Part shown: one piece after another, positions 56,881-64,000 of the stretch | How the letters are laid out: every line of letters starts with the position of its first letter | How positions within the stretch are numbered: position 1 is the stretch's first letter | DNA from: Candidatus Enterousia sp. | GTDB lineage: Bacteria; Pseudomonadota; Alphaproteobacteria; Rs-D84 | NCBI GenBank assembly: GCA_045646625.1 | Contig: JAZRLB010000008.1 | Coordinates: 3,234-67,233 of the forward strand | Direction of reading: 5' to 3' | Length of the DNA: 64,000 bases | The notes under the pieces: model-generated | What the model was told of the DNA's origin: nothing | Database searches by the model: none | Seen by the model: only the letters and a program-made list of their open reading frames with translations | Position numbers and translations under genes: made by a program

Positions 56881-58304
56881 AATCGAACACATGTGGATTT
56901 TTATTGCTGACTGTTATGCCGACCCTTGCCTTTGGTGATGTTGGGGCGGACAAAAGAAAATATGTGGATTGGAATTCGGCGCCATATAACAACTATGTTC
57001 GCATCTGTACTGAAAAGGGCTGTGGTACAGGGCAATTTATATCGGCTGCGCATATCCTGACGTCGAAAAGTACGGCTGCCTGCTGTGGCGTATCAAAAAA
57101 ATCAGAATGTGTTGTTTATACCAGTGATGGTGGTAAATACCTGGCTAAATTGGTCCAGGCGGGCGGCGGTTTGGGTAAATGTGGAAATGAAACAATCGAA
57201 GGTGAAACAGATTGGGGTGTTTTAGCCTTGCAAAATCGTGATAACATTTTAACGCGTCTTAATGCCAAACAGTTCGGGTTCAAATCTGGCGCTGCCAGCA
57301 ATGGTGACCTGTGGCGTGGCGGGTTTGGCGACCTAAGGGTTTTGACCGCCCAAGATATTAAAGATATTAAGACGGCGTACACAGAATGGCTAAAGCTTGT
57401 ATATCCGTACGATACGTCGGAACGAAATGCGGTTGCGCAACGTGGCGCAAATATGAAGCTGGAAGGTTATGATATTTACAAGGACAATGGTGCCCAGTTT
57501 GCGACGTTCCTGAACAAGTTCAAAGAATTGACTGGTAAAGATTTTATAGCGGATTATTTGGGTGACGGCGATCGTTTCAAGGTAATCGATAATTGTTCGT
57601 TGAAACAAAATACAGGCAATGTATTTATGCACGATTGTGCGGCTTGGGCTGGGGATTCTGGGGCGGCTATATTAAATAATAACAACGAAGTTGTTGCACT
57701 TGCGACATATACGTTAAACTCTATTGGTGGCAGCGGCAGTGGGAATATTGCCATAACCGCGAATGATATTTTTACTAATATCAAAGAAATGCTTGGGATG
57801 GCGGTTGTTGCGGAACGTAGACCGGATTCTAGGAATGTAAATGATACAATATATCGTCATGCAAACGGTGATACGTATATGCGAACTGGCGGAACACCTG
57901 CGTGGCGCAACAATAATATTGGTAATATTAATTATGAACTGAAAGACAGTCGTGTTATTGGTCATGGTGGGCCCAAGAAAAAGAACAGCCTGCGCGGCAG
58001 ATTTGCTGTATTTGCCAGTGAACAAGAGGGCAGGGAAGCACTGCGAACAATGTTGCGTGGCCCCAGATACGGCAGCCTAACGATTTTGCAGGCAATGAAC
58101 AAGTATGCGCCCGCATCAGACGGGAATAATCCGGGGCAATACGCCAGAACAATTGCAAATGCAATAAAAAAGCCTTTAACGACACGGCTTTCGTCATTAT
58201 CGGATGCAGAATTGGATGTCGTGATAAATCAAATTCGTAAAAAAGAAGGTTGGAAAGCGGGACAGATTATAGACTGTAACGCAAACCCGTCGAAGTGCAA
58301 ATAA
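56877..58304 (+). CDS. secreted trypsin-like serine peptidase with an inserted region and an unknown C-terminal domain of about 160 aa
   Basis: Signal peptide MKSNTCGFLLLTVMPTLAFG. His (ISAAHILT), Asp (TDWGVLAL) and Ser (GDSGAAIL) occur in the S1 order. The C-terminal domain contains WRNNNIGNI and FAVFASEQEGREAL. Confidence 0.62.
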   Translation: MKSNTCGFLLLTVMPTLAFGDVGADKRKYVDWNSAPYNNYVRICTEKGCGTGQFISAAHILTSKSTAACCGVSKKSECVVYTSDGGKYLAKLVQAGGGLGKCGNETIEGETDWGVLALQNRDNILTRLNAKQFGFKSGAASNGDLWRGGFGDLRVLTAQDIKDIKTAYTEWLKLVYPYDTSERNAVAQRGANMKLEGYDIYKDNGAQFATFLNKFKELTGKDFIADYLGDGDRFKVIDNCSLKQNTGNVFMHDCAAWAGDSGAAILNNNNEVVALATYTLNSIGGSGSGNIAITANDIFTNIKEMLGMAVVAERRPDSRNVNDTIYRHANGDTYMRTGGTPAWRNNNIGNINYELKDSRVIGHGGPKKKNSLRGRFAVFASEQEGREALRTMLRGPRYGSLTILQAMNKYAPASDGNNPGQYARTIANAIKKPLTTRLSSLSDAELDVVINQIRKKEGWKAGQIIDCNANPSKCK

Positions 58305-58368
58305 GATTAAAAACATTGACAATATGAAATTCAGTACTATATTACACGTATAAACAAAGGGGTGTTTT

Positions 58369-58605
58369 ATGCACAGTAATAAATTACAAATTTTATCACT
58401 TTTGAAAAAGGCGCCATATTTCGTGGTTGTGCTGTTATGTTTGTCAGGATGTGATGATGAAAAAAACTCCAACAACGGGGTGGTTCCACATACAGATGCA
58501 ACATATGCAAAATATAAACGGGATTTGGCGACGGCGCGTGCGGCGGCTGCGGCGGATTCTGTGCGCCTGCAAACATTTCTGGACAGCGCAAACAAACAAA
58601 AATAA
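58369..58605 (+). CDS. small lipoprotein (78 aa)
   Basis: Lipobox LSGC after a hydrophobic stretch (YFVVVLLCLSGCDD). AAGGGG RBS. Confidence 0.5.
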   Translation: MHSNKLQILSLLKKAPYFVVVLLCLSGCDDEKNSNNGVVPHTDATYAKYKRDLATARAAAAADSVRLQTFLDSANKQK

Positions 58606-58623
58606 TTTTATGAAAAAAAGTAC

Positions 58624-58650
58624 TTGCATTTATTCTACGAACGGTATAAT
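58624..58650 (+). promoter_or_regulatory. possible promoter of tRNA-Asp
   Basis: TTGCAT (58624-58629) and TATAAT (58645-58650), but with a short 15-nt spacer. About 15 nt upstream of the tRNA 5' end. Confidence 0.35.
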
Positions 58651-58665
58651 ATGCATAACGCTTTA

Positions 58666-58742
58666 GGGGTTGTAGCTCAGCTGGTTAGAGCGTCTGCCTG
58701 TCACGCAGAAGGTCGCGGGTTCGAGCCCCGTCAATCCCGCCA
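58666..58742 (+). tRNA. tRNA-Asp (anticodon GUC), CCA encoded
   Basis: Folded by hand. 7-bp acceptor stem GGGGTTG/CAATCCC, D arm GCTC/GAGC, anticodon stem TCTGC/GCAGA with loop CTGTCAC, T arm GCGGG-TTCGAGC-CCCGT, discriminator G, CCA. 77 nt. Confidence 0.95.
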
Positions 58743-58749
58743 GTATTTA

Positions 58750-58775
58750 CACCGTCATCGACGGTGTTTTTTTGT
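58750..58775 (+). terminator. intrinsic terminator after tRNA-Asp
   Basis: CACCGTC-ATC-GACGGTG hairpin followed by T7. Confidence 0.8.
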
Positions 58776-58833
58776 TTTTTGTAAGTTTTTTTGCCTCAAA
58801 ATGTGAGCTTGTATAAAAAAGTCTACAAAATGC

Positions 58834-58861
58834 TTGACTTTGTGTATAAAAAGTATAGAAT
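58834..58861 (+). promoter_or_regulatory. sigma70-like promoter of rplU-rpmA
   Basis: TTGACT (58834-58839), 16-nt spacer, TAGAAT (58856-58861). Confidence 0.5.
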
Positions 58862-58922
58862 TTGCATAAACTTTTCGCCAAAATGGCAAAATAGAACAAA
58901 ACATTAACACAAGAGAAAGAAA

Positions 58923-59222
58923 ATGAGCGAATATGCAATCTTTCAAACCGGCGGCAAACAATATCGCGTTGCAAACGGCGATATCATCAAGGTTGAAAAA
59001 CTGAATGCCGAAGGTACGGTTGAATTTGACCAGGTATTAATGGTCGGTGACAAAGTTGGCACTCCATACGTCGAAGGCGCCAAAGTTGTCGCAGAAGTAA
59101 TTGAACAGAAACGCACTGACAAAATTTTGGTGTTCAAGAAAAAACGTCGCCAGAATTATCGCCGCACAGCCGGTCATCGTCAGTTCATTACTGTTTTGAA
59201 AATCAAAGAAATCAAGGCATAA
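58923..59222 (+). CDS. rplU: ribosomal protein L21
   Basis: [27 protein letters not shown]. Followed by rpmA. Confidence 0.96.
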   Translation: MSEYAIFQTGGKQYRVANGDIIKVEKLNAEGTVEFDQVLMVGDKVGTPYVEGAKVVAEVIEQKRTDKILVFKKKRRQNYRRTAGHRQFITVLKIKEIKA

Positions 59223-59234
59223 GGGGGCAGAACT

Positions 59235-59504
59235 ATGGCACATAAGAAAGCGGGTTCCGCATCAACAAACGGACGCGACTCGGCAGGGCGCAGACTTGGT
59301 GTTAAAAAATCAGGCGGCAGTCGCGTAATCCCAGGTAACATCATCATTCGCCAGCGTGGCACATCTGTACACCCAGGCTTGAATGTTGGTATGGGCAAAG
59401 ACCATACAATCTTTGCAAAGATTGCAGGTATTGTTAAATTCAAAAAGGGTAACGGCGACCGCAGAACGGTTTCAGTCGTTCCAGAAACTGAAGAAGCAAA
59501 ATAA
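59235..59504 (+). CDS. rpmA: ribosomal protein L27
   Basis: [25 protein letters not shown]...IIIRQRGT. Confidence 0.96.
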   Translation: MAHKKAGSASTNGRDSAGRRLGVKKSGGSRVIPGNIIIRQRGTSVHPGLNVGMGKDHTIFAKIAGIVKFKKGNGDRRTVSVVPETEEAK

Positions 59505-59532
59505 AAAATTCCCCAATTGGGGAATTTTTTTG
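59503..59532 (+). terminator. intrinsic terminator after rpmA
   Basis: AATTCCCC-AATT-GGGGAATT hairpin followed by a T-run. Confidence 0.8.
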
Positions 59533-59564
59533 TGATATAATTCACAGTATGGAGGTAATTTGAT

Positions 59565-59921
59565 ATGGCAAAAAAATTTAATAATACACTGGGGGACGCT
59601 TTGACGGAATATTGGGTTAACTATATTGGATGGGGGCGTGCAACGCGTTCTGAATATTGGTGGGCGATTTTGTTTTATAATTTGTTGCTGGGCAACGTCT
59701 TGTTTTGGGGTGCGCCTGGCGTAAGTAGCTTGTGGTCACTGGCGACGATTGTTCCGAATTTTTGTTTGCTGGCGCGTCGTCTGCACGACACGAATCGTTC
59801 GGCTTGGAATATGTGTTGGGCGTTTTTTCCGATTGTGGGTTGGATTATTATGTTGGTATTCCTGTGCCAGCCCGGCGGTACAACAAAAAATAGATTTGGG
59901 CCTGCGCGTCTTAAGAAGTAA
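59565..59921 (+). CDS. DUF805-family inner membrane protein
   Basis: GRATRSEYWW signature, TM helices and RRLHDTNRSAW motif. Confidence 0.8.
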   Translation: MAKKFNNTLGDALTEYWVNYIGWGRATRSEYWWAILFYNLLLGNVLFWGAPGVSSLWSLATIVPNFCLLARRLHDTNRSAWNMCWAFFPIVGWIIMLVFLCQPGGTTKNRFGPARLKK

Positions 59922-59952
59922 AAAAACCGCCGTATCGGCGGTTTCTTTATTT
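59922..59952. terminator. bidirectional intrinsic terminator
   Basis: AACCGCCG-TAT-CGGCGGTT hairpin flanked by A7 and a T-rich run, between convergent genes. Confidence 0.75.
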
Positions 59953-60249
59953 TATAATGCGGCGCTGGATTTCGGTGCCCATTGGTTTGTACATTGTCAC
60001 CGGTTGATATACCTGATAGTGATCAATAACTTCTGTGTGTGTCTTTACGCGTACAGGTTGCGCTGCGGCGCGTTTTGTGCACGGTTTTACAGCCTGGCTT
60101 GAAACAAAGCGTTTCTCGCAGCCGCACGGCACTTCGATGCTGATGCGTTCGAAAGTCGTGATTGTTTCGTTTTCTGTGTATGTAAAGTTCGCCGACGCAG
60201 TATCAATTGCGAACAGGGCGCCAAACACAACAAATAAATATTTTGTCAT
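59947..60249 (-). CDS. small secreted hypothetical protein (100 aa)
   Basis: Start set at MTKYLFVVFGALFAIDTASA (signal peptide). The longer 146-aa ORF form is not supported. Confidence 0.45.
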   Translation of the reverse strand: MTKYLFVVFGALFAIDTASANFTYTENETITTFERISIEVPCGCEKRFVSSQAVKPCTKRAAAQPVRVKTHTEVIDHYQVYQPVTMYKPMGTEIQRRIIK

Positions 60250-60350
60250 AACTTTGCCTTTTGTGTTTTTTTGCATTCTCTGTCCCTGATTTTCATAAAT
60301 CATACCAGGTGTATCCCGGATTTCCAGAAAAAATGATGGTGTTTTGAAAA

Positions 60351-60379
60351 ATAAAAATCCCGCATTGCGGGATTTTTTT
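60351..60379 (-). terminator. intrinsic terminator after the 434-aa secreted-protein gene
   Basis: ATCCCGC-ATT-GCGGGAT hairpin, followed by a T-run on the minus strand. Confidence 0.7.
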
Positions 60380-61682
60380 ATGGGCACTGTGCCAGCTGTT
60401 TTAAAACGTTCTGTACATCATTATTAACGGATACGGTAATTTCGCGTTGCAGTCCATCCTTGTATGTATAGTTGAACTGTGCGTTCCTAAATTCTGGTAT
60501 TGCGCTGTAAACCTGTTCGAACGGAGCCAGCATTGCCTGGAACCATTGACGGCCGCGGCACAGACAGCCGTTGCGAACGTCAGCAGCCACGACAGCGGTT
60601 GCGGTGTTTGGATACTGGGTATCTAAATCGTGGTCTGTCATCATTAAACAGCGCGCACCAAACCCATAGAAATTTGCGTCGTCTGCCAAAAATTTATAAA
60701 CCAGTCCATCGCTTGCGCCGGCTTGCTTCAGTGCGTACGCCATACCATCGGTACAGCACGCCTGGGCTGAACGCATCAACATCTTGTATCTGTCCAACAG
60801 TGGTGCGGAAACTGTTTCATTTGCAGTAATGTGTATGTTGCAGTCTGCTGCGTGCACAAACTCTTCGACTTTGGTGTCGCGCAGGCGTGCGCTGCGTGGT
60901 GAAACTGTTTCACGTACAATTGGTTTTCTGCGCCAAATTTCGCATTCTGTTTCAGTCTCGAACGGACATCCTTCGTCAATTACTAACTCGCCAAAGGTTT
61001 CGATTATGACATCAGACATATCCTGGGCTGCGTACAGTTTCTCGTTTTCGGATATATTTGTGAACCACAGATTTTCACTTGGTTTGCGTGGTGCCAATAA
61101 TTCCTCGACGCGTGCGCGTGTTGTTGTGGCGTCTTCCATATTTTGTTGGTACAATTCAATTGCGTCAGTATTGGTTGTATAAACCGCGTCTGATTCACGC
61201 AAATAAATCTCGGGGCTTGGTTCCAAGAACCAGTCTGAAAAATCCTTGTACTTATAACTGTTGATAGATTCGTCCCAAATTGGAACCCCGTTGCGCCAAT
61301 CGACGGTCTTGACAGCCTTGGCGCTCTTTGATTGAGCGCTTGTTCCGTCCCACAGGGCGGGGCGTTCATCTTCTGGTACCGGCTTAATGGTCAGCAATTT
61401 TGCATTCACATTACGTTCTGGTATTTGGAAGTTTTCTGCCGTCGGCATCGCGGCTGCGTTTGGATCAGATTCCATCCAGGTTGGTGTTTCTTCTGTCGTC
61501 GCCGGCGTAGCCAGTATAATTGCAGTTGGTTTTTCTGTTTCGGTGACTTCTGTTGACCATTCGAACTCTTCGAATGTCAATGGTTCGATGTTGCATCCTT
61601 CGCCGGTGCATTCAGACGCAACCGCGCCAACCGCGCCGCACAGACACAACAGCGACGAAAAAATAAATATTTTGGTCTTCAT
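60378..61682 (-). CDS. secreted Cys-rich hypothetical protein (434 aa)
   Basis: Signal peptide MKTKIFIFSSLLCLCGAVGAVA. Acidic Thr/Pro/Glu-rich N-terminal part and a Cys-rich C-terminal half. No family recognised. Confidence 0.6.
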   Translation of the reverse strand: MKTKIFIFSSLLCLCGAVGAVASECTGEGCNIEPLTFEEFEWSTEVTETEKPTAIILATPATTEETPTWMESDPNAAAMPTAENFQIPERNVNAKLLTIKPVPEDERPALWDGTSAQSKSAKAVKTVDWRNGVPIWDESINSYKYKDFSDWFLEPSPEIYLRESDAVYTTNTDAIELYQQNMEDATTTRARVEELLAPRKPSENLWFTNISENEKLYAAQDMSDVIIETFGELVIDEGCPFETETECEIWRRKPIVRETVSPRSARLRDTKVEEFVHAADCNIHITANETVSAPLLDRYKMLMRSAQACCTDGMAYALKQAGASDGLVYKFLADDANFYGFGARCLMMTDHDLDTQYPNTATAVVAADVRNGCLCRGRQWFQAMLAPFEQVYSAIPEFRNAQFNYTYKDGLQREITVSVNNDVQNVLKQLAQCP

Positions 61683-61810
61683 ACTCAGTATTATATCACA
61701 AAATTGGCTGCTTTAAAACAGGTTTTTGACAGCGCTTTTCAGTTGTGCTTTGGGATTAAAGTCATTATAATCTATTGGAACAGTTGTTAAACAAAAAACA
61801 AGGAAGGAAT

Positions 61811-62776
61811 ATGAAAAAATTATCTGTACTTGCATTATTGTCTGTTATTGCGGCACCTGCATTTGCGACGGACGATGTGGTTGCTGAAAACGTGATGGAA
61901 GCCCCGGTTACGGAAACGGCTGTGGTACCTCAGTTGACAGATGAAGAAAAACTGAAGTTAAAGCAAGAGTTCAAAGATGAAATCAAGGCGGAATTAAGAC
62001 AAGAGTATCAGGATGAAAAACATCGTCGTGAAATTGCGTTTCCAAATGGGGTTCAGATTGGTGTCGGTGCGTCTTTTACCAGTGGCCTGAATGGATTTGT
62101 TGGCTATGCAAACAAAGACTTTGATTCTTTCTGGGCGAAGCGATTCGGTGTGCGTTTTGATTTTGCAACAACGCGTCCTATTCGTTCGGCTGTTAATGGT
62201 GCGATTGATTCGCTGGTGGATGATGGTATTGATATTGGTAATGGATTGACCGTTGATAAAGGAAAATTCGAAGCGCATCATTATGCAGCGTTGGTTGACT
62301 TTTATCCATTTGGTGACACTTGGTTGCTGGGTGGCTGGCGCTTGTCCGGTGGTTATTTTATGGGTGAATTAGAAATGTCTGCAGATGTTGCGGGTAAAAT
62401 AGATGGTGTCGATGGTTATTATGAATTTGAGTTGTCTGGAAATAAATATGCTTATGCTGGCAATTCGGTGCATGGTACATCGAAACTGGACTGGAAATAT
62501 CGTGGCCCATATGTTGGGACTGGTTTTGATATTGGTTTGTTCTCAGGTTTCAAACTTTATGTTGATGCAGGCGTTGTCTTTACGAACAAGTATGCGGAAT
62601 TATCGCTGGATGTTCCGACCGACAATCTGAAACAGTGGAATGGAACTGAGTGGGGCTCGGTTGATGTTCCGGAATTAAACACAGTAATTGCCAAGACTTT
62701 ATCTGATGCCCAAGATGAATTAGATGATTATAAATTCTATCCGATGATAAAAATGGGCTTTATGTATCGTTTTTAA
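61811..62776 (+). CDS. putative outer-membrane beta-barrel protein, paralogue A
   Basis: AGGAAGGA RBS. Signal peptide MKKLSVLALLSVIAAPAFA. Charged helical insert, alternating-hydrophobic strands, and C-terminal ...MIKMGFMYRF (terminal Phe). Confidence 0.6.
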   Translation: MKKLSVLALLSVIAAPAFATDDVVAENVMEAPVTETAVVPQLTDEEKLKLKQEFKDEIKAELRQEYQDEKHRREIAFPNGVQIGVGASFTSGLNGFVGYANKDFDSFWAKRFGVRFDFATTRPIRSAVNGAIDSLVDDGIDIGNGLTVDKGKFEAHHYAALVDFYPFGDTWLLGGWRLSGGYFMGELEMSADVAGKIDGVDGYYEFELSGNKYAYAGNSVHGTSKLDWKYRGPYVGTGFDIGLFSGFKLYVDAGVVFTNKYAELSLDVPTDNLKQWNGTEWGSVDVPELNTVIAKTLSDAQDELDDYKFYPMIKMGFMYRF

Positions 62777-62777
62777 A

Positions 62778-62806
62778 AAAATAGACCGCTACGGCGGTCT
62801 TTTTTC
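62778..62806 (+). terminator. intrinsic terminator after OMP paralogue A
   Basis: AGACCGC-TACG-GCGGTCT hairpin followed by T6. Confidence 0.8.
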
Positions 62807-62861
62807 TTGCGGAAATTATGCTCATTGTTGTGCGTGTCCGATTCGGATATATTTTTACATT

Positions 62862-63656
62862 ATGGAACGTGCGATATTCTGTATTTCATTGCTGCTGGTT
62901 GTGTCTGCAAATGCGGATGCTAAATTCTCGGATGGAATCTCTATTGGTGTCGGGGTGTCTGCGCTGGGTGGTTTAAATGTGCAGGCGGGTTATCATAATA
63001 TAGATTCCGATTCGTATTGGCTGCATCATTTGGGCTTGCGAATCGATTATGCATCGACTGATTCGTTAAAATCAGCTATCGATTCGGTGATTGATTCCTA
63101 TATGCGTGACGGTCGTGATATAGGTGATGGTGTTAAAATTGACGAAGGTTCGCTGGATGCCTGGCACAGTGGCTTTGTGTTAGATTATTATCCATTTGCG
63201 GGTTCGTGGCGTATGTCTGCTGGTTATGTGTGGGGTAGGGCGCGGCTTGATTCGTCTGTTTTTGGCGAAATTGTAAATGCGCCGGCCCACCGCTTTTATT
63301 TTTATTTGGCGGGCGATCATTATTACTATAACGGAAATGCCTTTGATGGAACGGTGACAATAGATTGGAATTACAGTGGACCGTATTTTGGTACGGGGTT
63401 TGATTTTGATTTAGGGTGTCGATTCGGTTTATTTGTGGATGTGGGGGTTGTTCTAACGAATCGGCCTGCCGAGTTGTCCTTGGATATCTCGCAAGATCAG
63501 TTATATATATATAATGAAACGACCGGGCTGTGGTCCCCAGTATCAATTCCGCAACTTGATGCCGATATTGTGCGCGCAACGGTCGAAGCGAACGATAAAT
63601 TGGCCGATTGGCGCATCTATCCAATGGTAAAATTGGGTTTTTTATACCGATTCTGA
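62862..63656 (+). CDS. putative outer-membrane beta-barrel protein, paralogue B
   Basis: Signal peptide ...LLLVVSANADA. Collinear similarity to paralogue A (IGVGVS..GGLN..AGY.N.DSDSYW, LDYYPF, GPYFGTGFDF). C-terminal MVKLGFLYRF. Confidence 0.6.
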   Translation: MERAIFCISLLLVVSANADAKFSDGISIGVGVSALGGLNVQAGYHNIDSDSYWLHHLGLRIDYASTDSLKSAIDSVIDSYMRDGRDIGDGVKIDEGSLDAWHSGFVLDYYPFAGSWRMSAGYVWGRARLDSSVFGEIVNAPAHRFYFYLAGDHYYYNGNAFDGTVTIDWNYSGPYFGTGFDFDLGCRFGLFVDVGVVLTNRPAELSLDISQDQLYIYNETTGLWSPVSIPQLDADIVRATVEANDKLADWRIYPMVKLGFLYRF

Positions 63657-63838
63657 TGTTTTTTTGACGATTCGTGGTTGGGTTTTCATTAAATCCGAAT
63701 CATAAAAATAGGTAAAACCGAATCAGAAACGGGGGGGCAAAAGGAAAAAAAATAAAAAAAATAAAAATAATTTTTGGCGGATTTCTAGGGATTTTTCCAT
63801 ATTTGTAAAATTTTTTTAAATTATTTTCTAAATTCCGC

Positions 63839-63867
63839 TTGACTTTTCAGAAGTTTGAGCGCATACT
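63839..63867 (+). promoter_or_regulatory. possible promoter (rRNA-operon-like) with an AT-rich upstream region
   Basis: TTGACT (63839-63844), 17-nt spacer, CATACT (63862-63867), preceded by about 100 nt of A/T tracts. No ORF in the remaining 130 nt. Confidence 0.35.
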
Positions 63868-64000
63868 AAGCGGGCTTTCAAGTTGAGACAACAAAACAAA
63901 AAGAAACTCAACCCCTGAAATTCTGCGGTTTACGGAACGAACGGTATGAAAAGGGTTCTTGTAAAACTCGCAACATTGTGAATAAAAGCAGCTCATCAAA

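Noticed and set aside
55700-58780. The block of glycine-zipper protein, protease and lipoprotein genes as a tRNA-Asp-integrated genomic island.
   Set aside because: No integrase or recombinase ORF is present. By eye I found no direct repeat of the tRNA-Asp 3' end on the far side near yidC. Composition looks like the flanks. The block remains accessory-looking, but island status is unsupported.
63700-63835. A-rich and T-rich tracts with short reiterations (AAAAAAAATAAAAAAAATAAAAATAA; CCGAATCA occurring twice), considered as a possible CRISPR or tandem repeat array.
   Set aside because: There is no regular repeat-spacer periodicity and no repeats of 20 nt or more. This is simple low-complexity AT-rich spacer, more consistent with a promoter upstream (UP-like) region.

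Overview
This is a densely coding 64-kb chromosomal segment with about 64 CDS and one tRNA. By eye it is moderately AT-rich (low-40s % GC; not computed). Most genes are recognisable housekeeping genes of a Gram-negative bacterium. They cover translation and RNA modification (nusA-infB, ileS, def-fmt-truA, rpmE, rplU-rpmA, rsmE, rsmA, rluB-like, tRNA-Asp), the envelope (lpxD-fabZ, class A PBP-mraY-ftsW-murG, dacA-SPOR, lspA-yidC, TolC/RND efflux), DNA metabolism (nth, recR, rmuC, comEC, comF) and central metabolism (pyrG, pyk). A GapR/DUF2312 gene, a type-2 (eukaryote-like) IleRS and a Cys-less L31 suggest an alphaproteobacterium with a compact genome, possibly host-associated and Rickettsiales/Holosporales-like. 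That taxonomic placement is inference. Five stretches are not housekeeping. (1) At 35.9-42.6 kb there are five paralogous polytopic membrane proteins with a TrbL/VirB6-like architecture, four of them translationally coupled and one divergent, and a stand-alone VirD4/TraG coupling protein sits at 44.2-46.5 kb. This looks like a scattered type IV secretion module in an arrangement I do not recognise. (2) At 55.8-58.6 kb a secreted glycine-zipper protein is translationally coupled to a trypsin-like protease carrying an unknown C-terminal domain, followed by a small lipoprotein, all next to tRNA-Asp. (3) At 59.9-63.7 kb lies a block of orphan secreted and outer-membrane proteins that includes two tandem paralogues. 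(4) A MarR-TolC-RND operon contains an unusually small (199 aa) adaptor protein. (5) A candidate Ile-codon leader peptide and terminator lie immediately upstream of ileS. I saw no transposase, integrase, CRISPR array or rRNA gene. The last ~340 nt look like an rRNA-operon promoter and leader running off the window edge. All family calls come from motif recognition by eye; no searches were run.
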